Origin: Octopus sinensis
Lineage: Eukaryota
Length of the DNA stretch: 64,000 nucleotides
Reading direction: 5' to 3'
NCBI RefSeq assembly: GCF_006345805.1
Contig: NC_043009.1
Location: 12,214,001 to 12,278,000 of the forward strand
Of this stretch, positions 1 through 11,527 are shown one piece after another. The translations under genes and the position numbers were made by a program. Numbering within the stretch: position 1 is the first letter of the stretch; each line of letters begins with the position of its first letter. The notes below the pieces were generated by a model. That model was not told the origin of the DNA and ran no database searches. It saw only the letters and a list, made by a program, of their open reading frames with translations.

Positions 1-1158
1 CATTACCAAAAGCAGTTGCTGACCCCTTAAATCAATCTTTGTCATCTGAGAAAGAATTAAGATGGTCTCGGCTGGCGCACATTTGATCTTCGATCGGCTC
101 TATCAGGGCTAACCTGGAGCCAGTTAGCGACTACCACACTATCTCCGATTGACTGTTGAGGATGTGTGATATTTTTAGAATCAGTCAGAAATCTATGGAA
201 GAAGAACCGAAGAGTTCTTGGAACGAGCAAGTTGACTTTGCAGTTTGTGCACATTTTCCCACGTTCGCACAACTTAACATTTGATAGCATGTTCTTATTT
301 TCATGAATCTAGCTGGTGGTAGTGTGTAACTTCAGAGGAGAAGATACCCGCCGACCAGGAAAAAAACTGGTCCAAATATTTGAAATATTGTGGACTTCAT
401 TAAAAGCACTTAATGGCTAAGTGGTGGTGTTAAACAGCGTCAAGGATTACGTATCATAATGTGTATGGTTCATACGACAGTTTCTGTCTACTCACTTTCA
501 CTTAGTTCGACCTGAGTTTCTTACAGGTACATATTGCACTCAACGGTACCATTGTTTTTGTGACCTATAGCTCATCGTTCTAGTTTATAAAATAAAAAAA
601 AAACAATAATAGTTTTAATAATAATCCTACCGTCCGTTGGCGTATATTTTACGTCATAGCTTATACTATTTTATAGATTTGGAAGACAATTCAAAACTCC
701 TTATAAAGCCTGTTATTTATTGCAAGTAAAATGAGGAGATAAAACTTGAAGGCTAATTAGGCAGGTACCTTAATTTACCTTAATAGAATATATTATCGCT
801 GAACCAGTCTTTTGCTAATTACCGAAACAAATGATGTTGCTAATTGACTGAAAACATGCGCCAATTCGTTCTACGATGGAACTCTTGTAATTTGATCGGT
901 GAAAATTATCTTTGGATCAGAAGAAAACTTCTCTTTTTTTAGACAAATATAAAAAAAATATAAAAAGAACAAAATAGCACTTCTCACACGTATACCTGAT
1001 AACGCGTGGTTTTAAGTTTGTTTATTTTCTGCGATGATGTGTATACGTGTCTGAAAGAGAAAGATAGTTACGTATTATTTTTTCCTATAATTCTATGAAT
1101 ATCACAAACTAACACGTGTGTGTATGTGTTCATGTAAGACACACGTATGTATGAACGT

Positions 1159-1223
<65 letters not shown>

Positions 1224-1288
1224 CAATACATCCCGGTGTTGCCCGGGTGTTACGACCTACAGCACATGGTATTATTTGTTCCTTTGAA

Positions 1289-1498
1289 GGCGTCGAGCTG
1301 ACAGAAACGTTAGCACGCCGGGCGAAATGCTTAGCGGTATTTCGTCTGCCGTTGCGTTCTGAGTTCAAATTCCGCCGAGGTCCACTTTGCCTTTCATCGA
1401 TAAATTAAGTACCAGTCGATGTAATCGACTTAATCCATCTGTCTGTCCTTGTTTGTCCTCTCTATGTTTAGCCCCTTGTGGATAGTAAAGAAATAGGT
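1289..1498 (+). mobile_element. tRNA-derived SINE with Meta-type central domain (octopus OR1-like), near full length
   Basis: GAGCTGACAGAAACGTTAGC head, B-box GAGTTCAAATTCC, central GAGGTCCACTTTGCCTTTCATC..GATAAATTAAGTACCAG, tail ending AAAGAAATAGGT. Further copies near 7795-7990, 10560-10720(-), 35390-35810, 49400-49720, 62770-62910 and 63340-63530. The family name is from memory. Confidence 0.8.
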
Positions 1499-1887
1499 AT
1501 TATTTGATCCTTTCTCATGGGTAGAATCAGCACAGCTGATATATAGTGAACTGGATTACTGGCGTAATGGAAATTATTGTTTGTTTGAAAGTGAAGGGAT
1601 GGGAGGAGGGGACAATTTGCATGGGTTTGCATGAAAGTGCTTTCTGTTCTTAAGAAGGATCACAAACTATCTATTGTTTCATCGTATAAAAGCTGGTTAA
1701 TAAGATTTTGTTCAGAAATCACGTTTGCAAAATTTTAATCTCCTTCAATCCTCACCGCAGTTTCTCAATTTATGTTTTTTCGAATCTTTTTTTTATTCAC
1801 GTAGATTATGAAACCGGAAAATATATATATTTTATTTAAAGTTTAATTCATCTTAAAGAAACACTCGATGCTCCTGCCACCACCTCG

Positions 1888-2141
1888 CCCACCCATCACC
1901 TACCCGCTTTGAAAAAGCTAAAATCTCCCTATGTTTCACTTTCGTCTGATGTTTCAGGCATGCGTAGAATTGTACTGAAATAGCAGACGTAAAACATACC
2001 AGACCACCATCAGAAAACCCGACATGCTAGAAACAACAGGTAAACGACATTATATCTAAAGAAACTTCCCCGCTTTCCAAAGAGCTAAAAGTGAAACATT
2101 GGGAGTTTGTAACTTTTTGAAAGTGGTGAAGTGATGGGTGG
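1888..2141. repeat. Imperfect inverted repeat (about 55-bp arms), possible MITE remnant
   Basis: 1888-1942 (cccacccatcacc..atgtttcacttt) is roughly the reverse complement of 2088-2141 (aaagtgaaacatt..gtgatgggtgg). The internal motif gacatg(c/a)tagaaaca(a/g)caggtaaa recurs near 2373. Confidence 0.55.
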
Positions 2142-3724
2142 ATGCTTGGGAAGGAGATTTTAGAGTTTCAGAAAAAGAAGGAAGAAAATTCTTGAAAGAT
2201 TCGTAACCTGTCTTTTTCTCCGTGGATTATCAGGAAAAAATATTTGGAAAAAATTAAAAATTTAAAAAAATGAAGAAATTGGGATGACAGAAAATTAGAA
2301 TGTTGAGAATTTGTTTTCTGGGCGAAATTCTAATCTAGGAAAAAAATAAGTGGGGGCACAAATGTCACCGCGGACATGATAGAAACAGCAGGTAAAAGAC
2401 AGGATTTGAGGGAAAATGTCCTTTTAAGTGTATATCGAAGATCAGATTTTTAAATACGCTCATCACATACACAAATTATAGAATAGAAAAAGATCATTTC
2501 AGTTGGATCTGAGCTGTAATTTTGCGCATGCACACAGCAAAAAGTAACAATTCGTGCTGAAGTTTTACCTAGTGTGTGTGTGTGTGTTTGTGTGTGTGTT
2601 GTGTGGTGTGTGTGTGTGTTGTGTGTGTTGTGTGTGTGTGTGTGTGTGTGTGTTTGTTTGTGTGTATGTTTGTGTGTGTGTGTTTGTGTGTGTGTTTATT
2701 TGTTTGTGTGTGTGTGTATGTACCAAAGGAAGCTATTTTATGGCATTCTTTCGTTTGAAGCAGCAAAGTTGTCAACTTGGTCATATGGTCGATCGTATGG
2801 GATCGTATGATTCTTCGCTAATTTCCGTAAAATATTTTTTATGTCATTATGCTTTGAAGAGAGCAGAAATTGAATTGAAAGACAGGAGAAAGTAAAAAGG
2901 TGACATTTGCTTTGAAGAGTGAGCAGAAAGTGAAAGAGAGGAGAAATTATATATGAAATGGACGTATGTGTGTGAGAGAGAGAGAGACAGACAGAGACAG
3001 AGACAGAGTGAGTGAAAGTGTTTGTTGTCATGCATGCATTTTTTGCATATATGTGTTAGTGGCACTCACTCGTTCTTTCTCTCTCTCTCACAATATCTTC
3101 CATATACACGTATATAAATACACACGCAAGCATCTTTTGTGTATGAATGTGTGCGTATGTATGAGCGTGCATATGAATGGACGTGTGTGTATGTATGTGA
3201 GTGCGTGTATGTGTGAGAAAGAGAGAGGGAGTGAAGATGCTTGTTGTCATGCATGTATTTTTTGCATGTATGTGTAAGTGGCACTCGTTCTCTCTCTCTT
3301 TCTCTGTCTCTCTCTCTCTCTCGCACACATTATCTTTCATATACATGTATATAAATACATACGCATACATCTTTTTTTGTATGTATGTGTGCGTGTGCAT
3401 GTTGTGTGTGTTGTGTGTTTGAGAGGAGAGAGAGAGAGAGAGAGCAGGTGACTGCATTCCCGCATAACATATAGAGAAATGGATATCTTTTAATGAAATG
3501 TTTTTTGCTGTGGTTTATTTCAATATAATATTTACGTGTACATTTTCATAAATGTCCGTCTGAATAGATTTCTACGCATGCATGAAATATCGGACGAAAG
3601 TGAAATATTAGAAGCAAATCGAAATATTGCCCGAAAATGACTCAAAATTGTGCAACCCGACCTCGTTTCCGAGGTTATTTTAACTGTAAAAAAGAGTTGT
3701 GCCAAAAACAGTTTACTTGGTAGC

Positions 3725-3793
<69 letters not shown>

Positions 3794-4402
3794 GTTGGTG
3801 TGTGTGTGTATGTGGGTGGTGTGTGTGTGTGTATGTATAGATGATAAGAAGCTTGTTTTTTTATTGTAGTACAGATGTGACTAATTCAGCGAAACATTAC
3901 TTTCATTATTTACACATGTCACTCTCGTAATGCAACACCTTGTAATTTTGGTTCAAATTGAAAGTGTGAAACTATATTCTCTTTCTAGTGAAATCTGGTT
4001 CTTGTAGAGCAGTGTCATTCAAATAACTATAGCTAGTTGTTGAGATAACGTAGAAAATATGTAATTGAAAATAAAGTTTATTTGGTAACCGAAAGCTTAC
4101 TGAATCATTTGATACTCCATACGTTAAAATCGGCAGCTCAGTTTTCAAATGCATAATGAACATATGCACACACACACACACTCTCTCTTTTATATATATA
4201 GATAAATCTTGAATCTTAGTAAAGTCATCATATTATAAAAAGATTTGTTTCAACATACGATCCCACATCAAGGACCTCACCGACCAACAACTAAGACGAA
4301 GTATATACATATATGATATATTACTTTGTACGCCCTATGATTGTAGCTGCTTGTACCTATGTATGTATGTATATATGATTAAGAGTATTTAAGTATTATA
4401 AA

Positions 4403-4650
4403 TGTTGTTTCTGGGGAGTTATATTATTTTAATATTTTATTATCTAACACTCCCACTAGTTCGATTTCCACTCACATATATATATATTCTTCTTCCAAAG
4501 TTTTCGTTGCTTTTGCAAGGTTGAAAAGTTGCAAAAGCAACGAAAATTTTGGAAGAAACAAAAATATATAAATAATAAATGAATGGAAATCGAACCGGTG
4601 TGTGTATCAGATAGTAAGGCCTTAAGACACTATGACTTTCCCCAGACACA
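4403..4650. mobile_element. Fold-back pair of a PLE-like terminal repeat with an HHR-like core in the right arm
   Basis: The left arm is the reverse complement of the right arm around about 4519. The right arm has TTGAAAA-GTTGC-AAAA-GCAAC-GAAA (4521-4545). The same family occurs at 13815-13942 and 57631-57790. Confidence 0.6.
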
Positions 4651-4766
4651 AAAAAATTGCCTCAACACACTAATTCACATAAAGTATCTTGCAAACCAGA
4701 TACAAGAGCGAAGTATTATATATGTCATTCTGGTATTTCTATACAATGTTGTGCATGCATATATGC

Positions 4767-4796
<30 letters not shown>

Positions 4797-4797
<1 letters not shown>

Positions 4798-5112
4798 ATG
4801 ATAAACGTCGCCCTTTTCAAGCCTAGCCAGGCTCATGGGTCCGGTTTCCCAGTTTCTGTGGCGTATGTGTTCCCCTTAGCTGGACGGGACACCAGTCCAT
4901 CGCAGTGTTACTCAAGAAACAGGAAGAGAGAGTGAGAGAAAGTTGTGGCGAAAGAGTACAACGGGGGTCACCACCACCCCCTGCCGGAGCATCGTGGAGC
5001 TTTTTAGGTGATTTCGCTCAATAAACACACATAACGCCCGGTCTGCTAATCGAAACCGCGATTCTCCGAACGTGAGTCCGCTGCCCCAACCACTTAGCCA
5101 TTGCGCCTTCAC
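4797..5112 (-). mobile_element. OK-like tRNA-derived SINE, tail variant A
   Basis: Minus-strand head GTGAAGGCGCAATGGCTAAGTGG with B-box GGTTTCGATTAGC, body TTTATTGAGCGAAATCACCTAAAAAGCTCCACG, and a tail containing GCGATGGACTGGTGTCCCGTCCAG. Confidence 0.8.
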
Positions 5113-5369
5113 TGTATGTGTGTATATATATATATATTATATAATAGAAATATTAAAATAACTAAGTCTCTCTAAAAGAGAACAGCGCAGCGTTCCCGGA
5201 AAATAATAGTTATCGCCATACTATATGGCATTCTTATAAAAATAAGAAAAAAGCTGTCGCTTATTAGCTCATGAGGCCATCGCCTTAAGTTAGCTATTTG
5301 ATACACAAACTGTATCCATATAACCTTCGAAACAAGGGAGGTCAGTCGCTCCACACTACTTGACCGGCA

Positions 5370-5411
5370 GCTACAGACGCGTTTCGGGGTATTGCCCCTT
5401 TTCAATGCAGC
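5370..5411 (-). ncRNA. Type I hammerhead ribozyme, U3-A8 core variant (inverted copy)
   Basis: Minus strand reads GCTGCA-TTGAAAA-GGGG-CAATA-CCCC-GAAA-CGCG-TC^TGTAGC. Stem I is 6 bp, stem II is 4 bp, and stem III is the palindrome ACGCGT. Confidence 0.75.
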
Positions 5412-5610
5412 GTAGCCAGCCAGTAGGTGTCGCTTCCGACAATCTCTGTTCGATGGTATCAAATAGCTAACTTAAGGCGATGGCCTCATGAGCTAATAAG
5501 CGGACAGCTTTTTCTTATTTTTTAAGAATGCCATATAGTATGGCGATAACTATTATTTTCCGAAACGCTGCCGCTGTTCTCTTTTAGAGAGACTTAGTTA
5601 TTTTAATATT

Positions 5611-5660
5611 TCTATTATTGAAAACAGTGGATGTATTCCACCGAAACTAGGTAAATAAAA
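5611..5660 (+). ncRNA. Degenerate upstream HHR-like motif of the 357-bp unit
   Basis: TTGAAAA-CA-GTGG-atgtatt-CCAC-C-GAAAC-tag-GTA^AATAA. Stem I pairs only if one A is bulged. Repeated at 5968-6016. Confidence 0.4.
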
Positions 5661-5704
5661 CCATCGAACAGAGATTGTCGGAAGCGACACCTATGGCTGG
5701 CTAC

Positions 5705-5746
5705 GCTGCATTGAAAAGGGGCAATACCCCGAAACGCGTCTGTAGC
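5705..5746 (+). ncRNA. Type I hammerhead ribozyme, U3-A8 core variant
   Basis: GCTGCA(5705-10) TTGAAAA(5711-17) GGGG/CCCC stem II, GAAA(5731-34), CGCG, GTC^ with cleavage after 5740, then TGTAGC closing stem I (one G-U pair). Confidence 0.78.
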
Positions 5747-6062
5747 TGCCGGTCAAGTAGTGTGGAGCGACTGACCTCCCTTGTTCGAAGGTTATATGGA
5801 TACAGTTTGTGTATCAAATAGCTAACTTAAGGCGATGGCCTCATGGAGCTAATAAGCGGACAGCTTTTTCTTATTTTTATAAGAATGCCTATTAGTATGG
5901 CGATAACTATTATTTTCCGGGAACGCTGCCGCTGTTCTCTTTTAGAGAGACTTAGTTATTTTAATATTCTATTATTGAAAACAGTGGATGTATTTCACCG
6001 AAACTAGGTAAATAAAACCATCGAACAGAGATTGTCGGAAGCGACACCTACTGGCTGGCTAC

Positions 6063-6103
6063 GTGCATTGGAAAGGGGCAATACCCCGAAACGCGTCTGT
6101 AGC
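6063..6103 (+). ncRNA. Third HHR copy of the array, apparently damaged (TTGGAAA core, 1-nt stem I deletion)
   Basis: GTGCA-TTGGAAA-GGGG-CAATA-CCCC-GAAA-CGCG-TC-TGTAGC. Confidence 0.55.
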
Positions 6104-6288
6104 TGCCGGTCAAGTAGTGTGGAGCGACTGACCTCCCTTGTTCGAAGGTTATATGGATACAGTTGTGTATCAAATAGCTAACTTAAGGCGATGGCCTCAT
6201 GGAGCTAATAAGCGGACAGCTTTTTTCTTATTTTTATAAGAATGCCATATAGTATGGCGATAACTATTATATAATATATTAATATATA

Positions 6289-6899
6289 CATATTAGAGGG
6301 AAACCACTATGTGGACACCGTTATGCTAGAAATAGATCTGATATGGTCTAACCACTAAGAAACGAAAAAGCAATAAAAATATGGATTATTCGCATACATG
6401 ATTCTTTATTAACATATTACGTAATTTTACTTACATAAATGTCCGTAGATCATCCCTCATTTTACATTTAACTTTAAATTAATACGTTCTCTAACCGACA
6501 AAGGTCACTGCAATAAAGTATTTTCTGCAGCATCAGTTTTTCCGGTAATTTAGCGCGCCAAAACGAGGACATTTGAAATAGTAACTACAAGTGTAATGGG
6601 TAGAACTGTTTACAAGTCTGACTTTCTGCGGACGTCATAGTATGCAGTTCTGCAAATTATATTCATCTGGATGGTCGCACCGATGATCTACGGACATTTA
6701 TCTAAGTAAAACTACGTAATATGTTAATAGTGAAACATGTATGCGAATAATCCATATTTTTATTGCTTTTTATTTTGTCTTGCTCGATTACGTTTTGTTG
6801 TTTTGCTAAATTTTTCTTGAGAACATTTCTTAGTGGTAAGACCATAGCGGATCTATTTCTAGCATAAGGGTTGTCCACATAGTGGTTCCCTCTAATATG
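6289..6899. mobile_element. Long-TIR MITE / fold-back element flanked by TA
   Basis: Left arm 6289-6454 (CATATTAGAGGG..CCGTAGATCATC) pairs with right arm 6682-6899, which has an extra stretch of about 50 bp. TA lies on both sides and there is no ORF. Confidence 0.8.
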
Positions 6900-7408
6900 T
6901 ATATAATGCAATTTTACTGAACCTTCAGTTTTTTTTATATGCTAGACCACTGGTGTGAAATCGATGGTAATTAAATTAATATCTATTTTTCACCCTCATT
7001 TTAAATTTATATATATATATATATATATAATATATCTATATATATATATATATACGGTGTGTGTGTGTGTGCGTACAAACGTATGTAACTATCTGTATAT
7101 GTATGTATGTATGTATGCGTATGCCTTGTTGCATGTATGCTTAATGCTGTGCACTGAAGTGTGGTATATATTTATATTCAGGTATTTCTGTGTAACTTCC
7201 AATGCGTATGAAGTGATTTTTATTCTTTTGTATATTCCATGCGTTTTCGTTTTGGCTGAATGGTTAAGAGTTCGCTTCACACTCAAGAAATCCTGTGTTC
7301 GACCTCACTGCGCATCAACTTCAGATATTTTTTTATAATAAACTTCTGAAAAATATCGTGGACACCCGTCACATGAATTAAAATATTCACACTGATTTTG
7401 CTTAAATA

Positions 7409-7456
<48 letters not shown>

Positions 7457-8516
7457 TGTGTGTGTGTGTAACACTTCAACACGGGTAGTACAGTTGATCA
7501 AATATCTATCGTCGACTACGACAAAGAGCCGTCTATTTTCATATATGTACATTTGAGTGTATTCAAGCACGCATGACAAGGTATATGTGTATGCATGCAT
7601 GAACATGGTTTATTTTTTATTTTATTGTAAAGAGGACGAGCAAGCAAAATTTCGTGTGCTTTACGTCCTGAGTTCAAATTCCGTTGGAATCAAATTTGTC
7701 ATTCATTCTTTTGGGGTCATTTTAATTGACTAGTGCAGCCTAAAATGTCAAGCCCAAGCCTATTATTGAGATGATTCGTTGATTATACAAAAGTGATGAG
7801 CTGGCAGAATCATTAGCGAGTTGATCAATAATGTATAGAGTCATTTTATCAGATTCTATAAAGTCTGAGTTCGAATTTTGGTGAAGTCAAATTTGCTCTT
7901 GATTTTCTTCGGGGTCGATGAAATAACGAGTTGAAGACTGACGTCGATATAAACGACTTAATACCTAACCCCAGAAAAAAAAAGCGGAATAGAATTACTG
8001 GCTTGTACCAAAACTTGAACCAATACCCTATTATAAGCATCTCTGGATATACATACGTACGTATGCATGTATGTGTATGTGTGTTATTTTTATTGTATCT
8101 TTGTGTAAAGCATTTGTACACGTGCATTCCATCAAGTATTCAGCATGAAGTTTTAATTGAAGTAGCTTTGCAATCTTTTAAATACACTTGAAAAATTTCA
8201 GATATTTGACAAAAGGTATTCATGGAATTTAACTACTGTTACAAAATATCTTATAAAGACTTATCGTACACTACACACATAGACATGCGCGAATAAACAC
8301 ACACACACACATACATACACACGCGCATACTCACACATACACACACACACATAAACACGCACATAGAAATAAAGGGGGGGCGGATATTCTTTAGACTCAT
8401 AGCAGCCATTTTATTTCCTTTGTTTCTATACAGTTATAATTTTTTTTAAAGGTTTTCTAAGCCATGACCTTGATGATGGTTAAAACTAAAGAACAAGACA
8501 CACACACACACGCACG

Positions 8517-8570
<54 letters not shown>

Positions 8571-8756
8571 ACACGCACATACACACATATATACATACAC
8601 TTACACGTGTATACGTATACGCATACATAAGTACACATGCACACATACTCGTAGATGGAATTCTGAAAATCGAAAGAGATTTAAATTAACTCGATTCCCA
8701 CAAGAACTTAAAGAAATTCTTCACATACTTCCAACATATTCCATATATGTACATAC

Positions 8757-8808
<52 letters not shown>

Positions 8809-8989
8809 ACAAATAATATATATACATGCATATATATAACGTTATGTAACATTATATGCATTGCTATGTAATATGTGGTTGTGAAAAGCCTACCAAGACA
8901 TAAAATTACCTCCTTTAAAGAAAATGTTGATAATTCTTCAAACGCAAGTGAGTTTAATGTGCTGGTCCCGCCTCTTTTATTTAACTCGT

Positions 8990-9450
8990 ATCTTTCTTTT
9001 TTTTTCTTTTTACTTGTCTCATGCCTGGGGCACCGTCTCGAAGAACTTTTAGTCGAAGGAATCGATCCTAGTATTCATTTGTGTTAAAGACTGGTACCTA
9101 CTCCGTCGGTTTCTTTTGTCGAATTAATAAGTTACGAGATGTAAACACACCAACACAGGTTGTCAGGCGGTGGTAGTGGACAAACACAGACACAAAGACA
9201 CACACATATACACACAATCACACACATATACACATATATACACATACATACATATATGTGCATGTGTATGCGTCTGTGTGTGTGTAAACGGTGGGCTTCT
9301 TTCAGTTTTCGTCTACCAAATTCACTTACAAAACTTTGGTCGGCCCGAGGCTATAGTAAAAGACACTTGCCCACGGTGCCAAGCAGTGGGACTGACCCTG
9401 GAACTATATGCCTGGGAAGCAAACTTTCTACCACACAGTCACGCTTGCGC
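8990..9450 (-). mobile_element. CORE-type tRNA-derived SINE (octopus OR2-like) with internal microsatellite
   Basis: Minus-strand head GGCGCAAGCGTGACTGTGTGGTAG, CORE-like CACCGTGGGCAAGTGTCTTTTACTATAGCCTCGGGCC, internal (CA/TA)n. Similar copies at about 18235-18365(-), 22735-23170(-), 31020-31150(+), 33085-33935(-), 36145-36305(-), 50950-51300(-), 52480-52930(-), 54610-54915(-), 58340-58800(-) and 61815-62100(+). Confidence 0.8.
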
Positions 9451-9788
9451 CTTTTTATTTATTTATTTAATTAATTTTTTTTTTACTTATTCCTCCATTT
9501 TCAAGATACTGAATGAATGATAAACGACACACACCAGCTTATATGTTACAAATCTCATTCTTAAATAGTCTGTGACCTATTTTCTTATTTGGTAATGATG
9601 GAATCTAATTTTCACATCCCGATAAGTCTTAATCCTTTGCGTCTATTTCGCATTATTTCTTTTTTCCTGTTTCTTTTGCTTACTCACTCAATCTTTCTCT
9701 CTATCTATGTATATTTATATACAACACACACACACACTCACACATATATGAGTGTATATATATATATGAGCAATCTCAAGATTAATAC

Positions 9789-9827
<39 letters not shown>

Positions 9828-9975
9828 TATATATAATAAATATATATATATATATAATATATATATATATAATATATATATATATAAACACATACATACA
9901 TACTCACATATGCAAATGCAAGCATATTCATATATACATATATATATATACGTACACACACACACATACACACCC

Positions 9976-10016
<41 letters not shown>

Positions 10017-10390
10017 CATATATATACACACACATTGTTTTAGTTTTTAATCAATCAAGACAGAATTGGAAACACACTGTGACCAGCAGTGTATAACAGT
10101 ATCTGGTGGTTTGGTCGATACTGTGATATACACACATAGATATATGTATCTCCGTGTCTATTTGTCTGTCTATCCTTCTATCACCCGTCCCACCGTCCAT
10201 TTGTTCATCCATTCATCTACTTTTCCATTCATCGACCTAGCTAAATAGTTACTGGTCGATCAAAGTATCCTTTCCAAGGTCCTTCGTTGCCTTTAACGAT
10301 AAAAGCAGCCGGAGAATATTTTTCCTCTCATTATGTTCCATACTTTATAAGGCATCAGTTATCACGAACCCTAACCTTTTCCTTTTCCAG

Positions 10391-10498
10391 ATGCAGCTTA
10401 GCAAGTATTGGGGTTTGGTGCTTCTGTAGCCAACTTGCAAGGTCACCCAGTTGCCCCTCTCTCTACCTTCTACAAATTTTCTTTCGTTTAGTTTTCCA
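10391..10498 (+). other. Candidate 108-nt internal exon
   Basis: Branch point CTAAC (10371-75), pyrimidine tract CTTTTCCTTTTCCAG, donor CA|GTAAGT at 10499. One frame is open: CSLASIGVWCFCSQLARSPSCPSLYLLQIFFRLVF. I do not recognise the protein. Confidence 0.4.
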
Positions 10499-11385
10499 GT
10501 AAGTATTCAAGTCATTGTATTCTAATATCCTTTCTACTATTGGCAAAATAAGTGCCTGAAATCTGAGGGCAGAGACAAATTGATCACATCCACATGAAAA
10601 AATAAAAGGCAAAGTCGACCTCGGAAGAATTTGAACTAAGAACGTAAAATATAGACGAAATGCCACTAAGCATTTTTTGTCAGACGTGCCAACTATTCTA
10701 CCAGCTCGCCGCTTTGCCTTCTAATATGATGTCATATAAGCTTAGTCAGTGTTTATATTTTCTATTAAGAAATTTTCTGGCGATTCCTGTTCGTTTAAAA
10801 ACTTTAAAGTTCATCATTCTTTCTGTAGAGGATATTTTTAGCATTCACTGCGGGAATCACTTAGCAGAATTCACGAGATTTTACGCTTGTTTGTTGAAGT
10901 TCCAAATCAAAAAGCCATAAAATATATACATCTTCATAAATGTCACGGAATTAATATTTATCAAGTCATCTGCATCCTAACTCTACTTTACTAACTGGTA
11001 AGAAGGCAGAGATGAAATCTAATCTGGCGTTATGGTTTAGATTATTGGCAATTTAGAACATATCTCAAGTCTTCTTGAAATCTAGACACTGTCGCGTGTC
11101 TTATTGCGATATATTTTAAACTGAAGCATTTTTATTTCAGGATGTGTTGCTTTACATCTTAAAACTGCAGTACAAAAACTGACTTTTCTTTCTCGAAGCA
11201 GAAAACATTTAAAATTTCTTATACACACACAAACATACACAGACACAAGCACCTAATATATTTTGTCTACTTATCGTCCAGTTCTGTATATCTGACATAA
11301 CATTGAAGAAGGGTAAAAAACAATCGAAGACCTGAATCTCACACGTGATCAAACATATATACATGTCTCACCCCCATATATATGT

Positions 11386-11442
<57 letters not shown>

Positions 11443-11464
11443 AGTGACAATTATTCGGTAGCCA

Positions 11465-11527
11465 AGATAAAACTCTAAGTTTCGGATACCGAGGTGGAAA
11501 TTCACACCACCATCTCTTCAGTTATCC
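11465..11527 (-). ncRNA. Type I hammerhead ribozyme motif with canonical CUGAAGA core (PLE tail-like)
   Basis: Minus strand reads GGATAA-CTGAAGA-G..GGTGG/CCACC..C-GAAAC-ttaga-GTT^TTATCT. Stem I GGATAA/TTATCT is fully paired; stem II is irregular. Confidence 0.6.

Larger units (their letters stand above)
5141..6270. repeat. 357-bp HHR-containing tandem array (about 2.3 direct units) with an inverted partial unit; retrozyme-like or PLE pseudo-LTR-like
   Basis: The plus arm 5456-6270 repeats with period 357 (GAAACGCGTC at 5731 and 6088; TTGAAAAC at 5618 and 5975). The minus arm 5141-5457 is the reverse complement of most of one unit. Confidence 0.9.

Noticed and set aside
1-460. Non-repetitive stretch with ORF 57-290 and a possible LCSLC zinc motif
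   Set aside because: No frame gives a convincing motif set. It may be a decayed retroelement, but I cannot support that.
5040-5112. tRNA genes
   Set aside because: All tRNA-like segments are SINE heads that continue into SINE bodies; no complete cloverleaf gene is evident.
5172-5462. 96-aa ORF in the inverted arm of the HHR array
   Set aside because: No recognisable domain, the frame is broken by indels in the other copies, and its start codon is created by the inversion junction.
5141-6270. CRISPR-like or rDNA-like interpretation of the tandem array
   Set aside because: The whole units are repeated with no unique spacers and show no similarity to rRNA.
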